Shown piece by piece: positions 55,101-64,000 of a stretch of DNA of 64,000 bases. Origin of the DNA: Okamejei kenojei. Its lineage: Eukaryota. The stretch lies in the NCBI GenBank assembly GCA_035221665.1, contig CM069153.1, positions 19,220,001-19,284,000 of the forward strand. The letters are read 5' to 3'. The translations under genes were made by a program, and so were the position numbers. The number at the start of each line of letters is the position of its first letter. The stretch's first letter is position 1. The notes under the pieces are model-generated. The model made no database searches, had not been told where the DNA came from, and saw nothing but the letters and a program-made list of their open reading frames with translations.

Positions 55101-55714
55101 ACTGTGCGGTTCCACACTGCACTCTGCCGCACAAATTGGAGTGGCTAACTTGTACTTTTTGTGGATTAAGTTACAGCAAATACCAATCTAATTTCATCCC
55201 TAATGTGCATCATTTTATCAAAAAACACAGTCTCTGGACTGGGCAGGGCATACCCAGGGAAAGACTTATCAGGTGCTATAAATTAAACTTTTTTAAAAGT
55301 GTGTTGAGAGCTTTGTTCTGATTGAGGCCCCAAACTGTTGTCACTTTGATAAGCCTCTGTTATTCCTGAGGTGATAAGATAGGTCAGTAACAGGTTACTA
55401 ACACCTCTGGCAAACAAGCAAAGATAAATAGATTAATCAGCTCACCATTAGTAGTCAGTGGTAAATGAGCATTTCTATTTCATGCACAAACTGTCTGTGG
55501 TTGCAGTAATCAATGGCTTGGATTACATTCTCCTTTCATTTGTTGGCTTTATAGCATGCATAGGTATGGCACAATCCATAAAAGTTATTTTAGAGAAAGA
55601 AACAATACAAAGTTCTGTAATAACGCATAAGATCAGGTGGCAACTGGAGAACATGGGATAGATGACATTTTTAAATCGATAGTCAATAGTTAATAGGATT
55701 GGGATCTTGCATTG

Positions 55715-55995
55715 TCATAGGAGCAGAAGTAGGCCATTCGGTCCATGGCGGATCGATCTATCAACCCCATTCTACTGCCTTCTCACCATAACCCTTGACA
55801 CCCTTACTAATCGAGAATCTGTTAATCACCGTCTTCAAAGTTCCCAAAGACTTGGCTTCCACAGCTGTCTGCGGCAATGAATTCCTCAGATTCACCACCT
55901 TCTGACTGAAGAAATTCCTCACCTCCTTTTTAAAGGTGAATCCTTTTATTCTGAGTCTATGCTATCAGGACTTAGACTCTCCCATTAATGGAAGT
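55715..55995 (-). mobile_element. CR1 3' fragment
   Basis: taggagcagaagtaggccattcgg...gaattcctcagattcaccacc resembles the 32072-32392 copy. Confidence 0.7.
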
Positions 55996-56479
55996 CTAGT
56001 CCCTTGTTCGGACTCCGTGTTCTCCAGAGATGCTGCCCGACCAACTGAGTTACTTCAGCTGTTTTTTGCTCAAGATTCCAGCATCTGCAGTTCTTTGTGT
56101 CTAATATTCTTTTTGACTTTGGCCTACTTTTTAACCTAGTTTATGACCTATTCTCCTTGTATGAAGCTCCTTGCCGCATGGCACTCCTTGTTTGGGGGAT
56201 GGTGAGAGCAGAGACCTGTTTGCACAATGAGTGTCTCTGTCAGCTCATTTTGTACAGCACATGGTGTAATTTACAAGCAGGAGAGAGATCCAAAGTGGTT
56301 ATTTTCCTCCATGGTTCTCGTAGGAAGGTTACACAACTGCTGTGTTACCAGCTTGGGCAGGAATGAAAAACACTGCTGTGACATTCACCCTGACAATGTT
56401 TCAGCAAGTTCAAGTCTTGCCACAAAATATTGCAACGCTCATCATAATGAGGAAAGTGGAAGTTTGAATGATTGGAAGT

Positions 56480-56793
56480 CACAGTGGCGCAGGGGTAGGG
56501 TTGTTGCCTTACAGAGCTTACAGCGCCAGAGACCCGGGTTCAATCCTGCCTGTGGGTCTGTACGGAGTTTGTACGTTCTCCCCGTGACATGCGTGGGTTT
56601 TCCTCCGAGATATGCAGTTTCCTCCAACACTCCAAATTCGTACATGTTTGAAGGTTAATTGGCTTGGTATTAATGTTAAAAAAAATGTCCCTAGTGTGTG
56701 GAGGATAGTGTTAATGTGCAGGGATTGTTGATCGGTGCGGAGTCGATGGGCTGAAGGGCCTGTTTCCGCGCTGTATCTCTGAACTAAACTAAA
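56480..56793 (+). mobile_element. V-SINE (HE1-like), full length
   Basis: Head, V-domain and tail ctgtatctctgaactaaactaaa. Confidence 0.85.
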
Positions 56794-57496
56794 GTAATCA
56801 ATTGTAGATTGTAATCAAGGCCTCATTAAAAACCTTTTGGAAAGGAGAACTGAGAAACTGATCTCCCTGCTCATATTAGCTGTCTCCCTGCTCATATTAG
56901 CTGTTATGGTCATTACACAATCAAGTTTTCTTTTCCAAACAAAGGTCTTCAGTAAATATTGAGATGCAATAAACTGCAGATGTTGGAGTCGAGCAAAACA
57001 CAATGTGCTGGAAGAAATCTGGAGGCCAGGCAGCATCTGTGGAGGGGATCGATAGATCCTTTGGAGTCTGAAGAAGGGTCCCAGCCTGAAAGGTTGCCTG
57101 TCCTTTCCCACCAGAGATGCTCCCTGATCTGCAGAGTTACAATTGCGCCTCGTGTTTTGTTTCTTCTATGAATATTGCTTGGTTTCCACGATTTGCCCAA
57201 AGGCTTTGGGAAAATGTCAGTGAACTGTGCATCTGGCAGAGGGAAATTCTTATCGGACTCTCTGAAATTGTAAGAAGCTACCATTTTCATTGACTTCATT
57301 AGAAATTTAGAAATAATTGACCTAGCTTTGCTAAGTCTTTTGTTGATGAATCACACGCTAGCAACCATTTCTAAGAACCGTCCAGTTAATCTGGTAATGA
57401 ATAGTTCACAGACAGCACCTCTGACTAATACAATGGTGCACATGGAGTGGTGGAGTGCAGGTTTGGAGCCGATATTTAACCACAATACTTAGCTCA

Positions 57497-57815
57497 GGGT
57501 GGCACAGTGGTACAGCTGATCGAGTCACTGCCTCGCGGCACCAGAGACTCTGGTTCGATCCGGATCTCGGGTGCTGTCTGTGTGGAGCTTGCATGTTCTA
57601 CTTGTGACCGCATGTGTTTCCTCCGGGTGCTCCCACTTCCCAAAGACGAGCGGGTTTGTAGGTCAGTTAGTCTCTGTAAATTGCCCCAAATGTGTGGGGA
57701 GTAGATGAGAAAGTGGGATAACACAGAACTAGCGTGAATGTGTGATTGATGGTTAGAATGGACTCAGTGCGACGCAGGGCGATGCAGTTTCCATGCAGTA
57801 TCTTTCAATGAATCA
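57497..57815 (+). mobile_element. V-SINE, divergent subfamily
   Basis: gggtggcacagtggtacagctg...ggttcgatcc head and V-domain, with a different (caat)n-like tail. Confidence 0.75.
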
Positions 57816-58392
57816 ATCTAAAACCTCAGTTAGTTCTTCCATGTTGTTCTCCAGCAAATAAAGAGGCCTAATCTGTGAAGGTGTCACTGTGTGATGGTCC
57901 AGCAATCCATTCTGTTTTTCTGTTTATATTACATGATGCAATGATGCCATGGCTCCAGATAATGGACACCAATATTAAGAGAATTAATGCAAAATTGTCA
58001 CTTTAAAACAGGTGAAAACTGCACGGAATCTTGTTTCAACTATGAATACATAGGCTCTTTATGGCATTGTGCAAACAAAATTCCTCTGCTTTATAGTCAG
58101 AAGTGGGAGTTGATGCATGTAGAGTCTGATGCACTTAATATCAAAGTGTATAAAGCACAGATGTTTCTAAGTTTGACAAGACTATACAAGTTCTCAAAAG
58201 ACTAATCTGTCTTAATTGAATTTATACAGTAGTTCATCACAAGATGTTTGACTTTTGCAGATCCTTTTCCAGAGCAAGCTTTGACATGCTATGTCTTTTT
58301 ATTTCCTATAATCTATGCCCCATGATTGCAGAGTTTCTGCTTTGGCAACCATGTGTTTACTTGTATATTATCGACTTTCTACTTAAACCATT

Positions 58393-58695
58393 TGTGGTAG
58401 CTTACAACGCAGCGGTATGAATATTGATTTCTCTAACTTTAAGTAACCTTTACTTTCCCTCTCCCTCCGTCCCTCCCTACCGTGGTTCTCTTACTAGTTT
58501 CACGGTCCTCCTGATTAATTTTACTGTTGGCAGCTGACGATGAGCCATTCTACATTTTCTTGAATAGCCTCTGCTTTGATCTGTCCTTTCAACACCTTGC
58601 GAAAGGGTCTTTGTACCTTTCCATATCTCAAGTTTCACTTTCCCCTGGCTCGCGGTCTGAAGAAGGGTCTCAAGCCAAAATGTCACCCATTCTTG
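58393..58695 (+). mobile_element. Second Penelope-like 3' fragment
   Basis: ggtagcttacaacgcagcggtatgaatattgatttctctaactttaagtaa = GSLQRSGMNIDFSNFK*, then a pyrimidine-rich UTR ending in GTCTGAAGAAGGGTCTCAAGCCAAAATGTCACC. Confidence 0.8.
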
Positions 58696-58957
58696 TTTAC
58701 AGGGCTTAGTTTAATTTGAGAGTTTTGTTCCTGACTGATAAGAAAGGTGATTTATGAACATAGAACACAGAACAATGCAATGCAGGAACAGGTCCTTCGA
58801 CCCACAATGTCTGTAGCAAACACGATGCTTAGATACACTAATCTCCTCTGCCTGCACTTGATCCGTATCCCGTCATTCCCTGCATATCCACACGCCTATC
58901 CAAAAGCTTCTTAAATGCCACACTCTATGGGGCAGAAATGTTCCAAAGCAAAGTATA

Positions 58958-59527
58958 GGGTGGCACGGTAGTGCAGAGATAGAGTTGCTGCCTTACAGCA
59001 CCAGAGACCTGGCTTTGATATTGACTATGGGTGCTGTCTGTACAAATGTTGGACGTTCTTCCTGTGAGCGCATGGGTTTTCTCCAGGTGCTATGGTTTGT
59101 TCCCTCACTCCAAAGACATACAGGTTTGTAGGTTAATTGGATTTGGTAACAATTGTAAATTGTCCCTAGTGTGTAGGATAGTGCTAATATCGGTGGTTGG
59201 CATGGACTCGGTTTTGTTTTTTAGTTTAGTTTGGAGATACAGTGCGGAACAGGCCCTTCGGCCTACCGAGTCCACGCTGACCAGTGAACCCTGTGCACCG
59301 ACACTATCCTACACACAGTAGGGACAATTTACAATTTTACCAAAGCCAATTAACCTACAAACCTGTACGTCTTTGGAGTGTGGGAGGAAACCGGGAGCAC
59401 CCAGAGAAAACCCACGCAGGTCACGGGGAGAACGTACAAACTCCGTACTGACAGCACCTGTAGTTAGGATCGAACCCGGGTCTCTGGTGCAGTAAGGCAG
59501 CAACTCTACTGCTGCGCCACTGTGCCA
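58958..59527. mobile_element. Tail-to-tail pair of V-SINEs (plus 58958-59210, minus 59215-59527)
   Basis: Two family copies in opposite orientation, directly abutting. Confidence 0.85.
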
Positions 59528-61088
59528 TGTTGAAGCCAGCAGCAGGCTGATTGTCGTGTTTGACTCACTAAAAGCTCCACGTTGGAGGGTATTTCCTCAT
59601 TTGGAAAAGTTAGCTCCTGCTTATTGAGTGCTTGAGTACCTTACTGAGTTTTTTTAATGGTTTTAAGGAAACTAAAATTAATGATCTGTATCATGGTTTT
59701 TTTTTTTTTTAAATATGATATTTGATGTTTTTTGATGTTAAAGGTATAACAAAGTAGGTTGATTGTAAAACTACAGCCAAAACCTTCTATAAAGCAGATT
59801 AAAGCATTAATCGGAGAAAGAGCCTTTCCTTTAGTCTATCTTTTCCCTTAAATGGTGCATCTGTTTGAGGTGGATCTTGAGACTCCCTTTTGATGTTTAG
59901 TTGATTTAGACACATCTTCAAAGCATTGGTGTATCTTTTTGAAATTGTGAATGGAGCTTGTCACTTATTAAAGCATTGGATGAGGCCCTTTAACCTAACA
60001 ATTGTTGATGGAACCAGTTATACCAATCCGGAATAAAGGAGGCCAGTGCAGTTAGCAACTTGCTTCCTGTGCTGAGCCTTTCAGCTTTGTCAACTCGAGT
60101 TGAAAAGTAAATGAAGAAACAAAAGAGTTGTAAGCAGAACGAACTAATGCGAAAGAATATCTATTTGCCGACAAAATCTTTGAATGACCACAAATCATAT
60201 TGATGTAGTTTCCCTTTCTATCTGGAGGGGAATCAGACTCCATAGTCTTTTGTTGCCATCAAACCATTGAATCACAAACAACCAGAATTACTGACTGTCC
60301 ACTTTTTCAAGAGTCAAGAGTGTTTAATTGTCATTTGTACCGGGAATGGAACCACAAAGTTCTTACCTTTTCACCATATCTAACGTACAGAAATGGGCAC
60401 TCACTTTATTTATTTCAGAGTGCAAATATCTAAACAATTCTAGTGTTTAAAACAAACCCAATGTATATTTAAAGTCGGGATGAAATCTTTTAAAATGAGC
60501 ACACTTGTGGCAAGTAAAGAACATGGATGTCACAGTGATGAGGTCAATGACTGGACGTTCTATTCTGTGCATAAACTTATCTACTCTGTGATGTTGAACT
60601 GAGCGTTGCACAAATCTATTTTTGGGTTTATTTTTGACTTGTGGGGGAACAATGTAAAATGTTTATTCCTTCTCAGAATGTACAGTGCTTGTGGATATTA
60701 ATCTAAAGCACTGTGATTACATTAAAACTTGCTACAAAAAGCATGTGGATGAATATCCCTGTATTAATCTGTCTTGGTCATTGTTTTAAGCTGCCACTAT
60801 TCAGAATTAAAATTGTTAAATCTCAACAAAATAAACATATTGTACTCGTGTCACCCTCCCTCAAGGCACCCTCAGCCAGTGGCCAAGTTATTTCTGCCAA
60901 CTCAGGCATAATTCAGGTGTACTGATACTAAACTACCAGTTATTGAAATGTTCCTGACCTTGTCGGGTCGCAGGGCACAGTACAGTTTAGATACACTTTA
61001 GTTTATTGTCACATGTACTGAGGTACAGTGAACAGCCTTTGTTGCATGTCAGCGGAAAGGCAACACATGATTACATTCAAGCCATTTA

Positions 61089-61415
61089 TGGGCCTGTTCC
61101 ATTTAAGCAATTTTTTTTTTTTAGGCAACTAAAAAATGTCGCCACATGTTCGCCGGTGGTCGGCGGGAGTAGTCTCCTCAGTCGTGCTAAAATTCGTAGC
61201 GTCTTTCTGGCCACCACTAAACTTTCAACATCTTGAAATTTTTTCGGCGACAGTCGGTTTGACGCCAATGAGCGTAGCTTGACTTCTCCTGACGTAGGTG
61301 CGGTTGTATATTGTTGCCAGGATAACGTAGGTTGTCGCTGGTTTTTCAGCGACCTGCTACGACTATGACAGTCGCCGGCAGTTGTCTAAAAAATCGCCCA
61401 AGTGGGACAGGCCCA
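61089..61415. mobile_element. PIF/Harbinger-type MITE with the same TIR family as 2419-3163, inserted into a Rex1/Babar tail
   Basis: TTA|TGGGCCTGTTCCATTTAAGC...GCCCAAGTGGGACAGGCCCA|TTA, a perfect TTA TSD. Confidence 0.8.
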
Positions 61416-61789
61416 TTACAGTGTATAGATACATGATAAGGGAATACATTTTAGTGCAAGGTAAAATCAGTAAAGTCAGATCAAGGAGGTATTTAGATAA
61501 AAACTGTTGAAATCTTGCATGTTGAAAGGCCTGACTAAAATTGATTTGGGTGACTTTGAACCTTAATTATATCTCTAAGTTTGTGCAAGAGTAAAATCCC
61601 TTTGCATTAGTGAAAACTGCTTACCACAGCAGATTACAAGTGCTCAGGGTTTATTTTAATTTTTTTCCTATGGTACGTTAGAAACCAGGCAAGATAGACA
61701 CAAAAAGCTGGAGTAACTCAGCGGGTCAGGCAGAAAAGGAATAGGTGACCCTTCTTCCGCCGATGTACTCCAGCGTTTTGTGTCAATCT

Positions 61790-62078
61790 TCAGTATGGAA
61801 ACAAACCCTTCAGCCAACCAGGTCCACACCGACTATTAATCACCCGTTCGCACACTAGTTCTACAGGCACTACACCCTAGGATTAATTTTACAACTAATA
61901 ATAGACCTACAAACCCACACATCTTTGGGATGTGGGATGAAACTGCAGAGTCCAGAGGAAACCCACGCAGTCACAGGGAGAATGAGCAAGTTCCACGCAG
62001 ACAGCACTCGCGGTCACGATCGAACCTGGCTCTCTGACGCTGGGAGACAGCGGCTCTCCCAACTGCACCACGGTGCCA
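61790..62078 (-). mobile_element. V-SINE (HE1-like)
   Basis: Reverse complement of the family consensus, immediately left of the Tc1. Confidence 0.75.
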
Positions 62079-62086
62079 CTCTTGTA

Positions 62087-63744
62087 CAGTGCGCTCCATA
62101 ATGTTTGGGACAAAGACCCATCATTTATTTATTTGCCTCTGTACTCCACAATTTGAGATTTGTAATAGAAAAAAAAATCACATGTGGTTAAAGTGCACAC
62201 TGTCAGATTTTAATAAAGGCGATTTTTATACATTTTGGTTTCACCATGTATAAATTACAACTGTGTTTCTACAAAGTCCCTCCCATTTCAGAGGCATTAT
62301 ATTGTTAGGGACACATGGCTTCATCTCAGCCAATGCACTCAGCACCAAGCCTTTCCTCCAGGTTTAGGAACTTTTATTGCAGTTTATCAACATGAGGACA
62401 AAGTTAAAAAGTCAATCATCAGCCAAACTTTAGGCTTACTAAAATCAACTGTTTGGAAGGGGTGGAAGATTGCAACCTTCACGCGGTCTGTCCTTTTTCG
62501 ACGAATGCAATCAACCCGGCGTGCACAATCAGATAAGATCAAATAGATCAAGTTGTCCAACAACTTTAGGCTGTGCATGCCAAACGACTTCATGAACAGA
62601 AATACAGAGGCTACGCTGCAAGATGCAAACCACTGGTTAGCTGCAAAAATAGGTTGGCCAGGTTACAGTTTGCCAAGAAGTACTTAAAAGAGCAACCACA
62701 GTTCTGGAAAAAGGTCTTGTGGACAGATGAGACGAAGATTAATTTATATCATGATTGCAGCTAACCAGTGGTTTTCATCTTGCAATGAGCCTCTATATTT
62801 ACGTTCATGAAGTCTTCTGCGGACAGTGGTCATTGACAAATCCACACCTGACTCCTGAAGAGTGTTTCTGACCTGTCGGACATGTGTTTGGGGATTTTCT
62901 TTATTATAGAGAGAATTCTTCTGTCATCAGCTGTGGAGGTCTTCCTTTGCCTGTCGATTAGTAAGCTCAAAGTATGGAGGAGAGAAGGAACTGCCCAAGA
63001 TCCAAAGCATACCACCTCATCTGTGAAACACGGTGGCGGGGGTGTTATGGACTGGAATGTATGGCTGCTGAAAGTACTGGCTCACTTATCTTCATTGATG
63101 ATACAACTGCTGATGGTAGTGGCATAATGAATTCTGAAGTGTATAGACACATCCTATCTGCTCAAGTTCAAACAAATGCCTCAAAACTCATTGGCCGGCG
63201 GTACATTCTACAGCAAGACAATGATCCCAAACATACTGCTAAAGCATCAAAGGAGTTTTTCACAGCTAAAACATTGTCAATTCTTGAGTGGCCAAGTCAA
63301 TCAGCCAATCTGAACCCAATTGAGCATGCCTTTTATATGCTGAAGAAAAAACTGAAGGGGAGTAGCCCCCAAAACAAGCAAAGCTAAAGATGGCTGCAAT
63401 ACAGGCTTGGCAGAGCATCACCAGAGAAGACACCCAGCAACTGGTGATGTCCATGAATCGCAAACTTCAAGCAGTCATTGCATGCAAAGGATATGCAACA
63501 AAATACTAAACATGACTACTTTCATTTACATGACATATCTGTGTCCCAAACATTATGGTGCCCTGGAGCTGTAATTTCTACATGGTGAAACCCAAATGTA
63601 TAAAAATGGCCATTATTAAAATCTGACAATGTGCACTTGAACCACATGTGATTTTTTTTTTTCTATTACAAATCTCAAATTGTGGAGTACAGAGACAAAT
63701 AAATAAATGATGGGTCTTTGTCCCAAACATTATGGAGGGCATTG
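62087..63744 (+). mobile_element. Tc1-family (DD34E) transposon, IR/DR type, defective and internally rearranged
   Basis: TA|CAGTG...CATTG|TA with long TIRs of about 200 bp. Transposase remnants WKKVLWTDETKINL, VKHGGGGVM, LQQDNDPKHTAK and WPSQSANLNPIEH give 34 residues between D and E. Frameshifted. Confidence 0.93.
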
Positions 63745-63773
63745 TATATCCTAGATAAACTGTCCCGTGCAAG

Positions 63774-63913
63774 AAGTCCACTGCAATGTCTTATTTAAAT
63801 AAATGTGTAATCACATAAACTAATTTCACAGTAGATCAATGTCACATCAAATTTAATCTACTTAAGATGTCATATGTGCTAATGAAAGACTCAGAATGTG
63901 ATTACAAATGTGA
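63774..63913 (-). repeat. Copy B of the 140-bp inverted dispersed duplication (partner 20335-20474)
   Basis: Reverse complement aligns to 20335-20474; the flanks are unrelated. Confidence 0.9.
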
Positions 63914-64000
63914 TTAAGATTATTTTGGTATTTGAGAATTATGTACTTTTGAGGATTCTAGACACAATGTTTAAAACCTAAGTTCTAAGCACCATTTTCC

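Overview
Eukaryotic vertebrate DNA, most likely a cartilaginous fish (skate or ray, inferred from the HE1-like V-SINE / CR1 / Penelope repeat mix). It holds the last three coding exons and 3' UTR of COX10 (+ strand, 4653-21364) and, about 18 kb downstream, the promoter, first coding exon and start of the large intron of an HS3ST3B1-type heparan sulfate 3-O-sulfotransferase (+ strand, 39197-39729). This is the same gene order as human 17p12. The remainder is intron and intergenic DNA dense in CR1 and Rex1/Babar LINE fragments, tRNA-derived V-SINEs, two PIF/Harbinger-type MITEs and one rearranged Tc1. Four observations stand out. (1) About 20 short Penelope-derived elements, many carrying a minimal hammerhead-ribozyme core (CTGAAGA-stem-GAAACGTC), with 10-15 bp TSDs, 5' ends clustered at the core and frequent palindromic dimers. 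(2) A sharply bounded 140-bp, ~92% identical block with no recognisable TE features, duplicated in inverted orientation between a COX10 intron and the HS3ST3B1 intron. (3) A ~17 kb CpG-retaining domain around the HS3ST3B1 start. (4) Three uORFs ahead of HS3ST3B1. Exon and TSD coordinates were counted by hand; boundaries of degraded repeats are approximate. No database search was possible.
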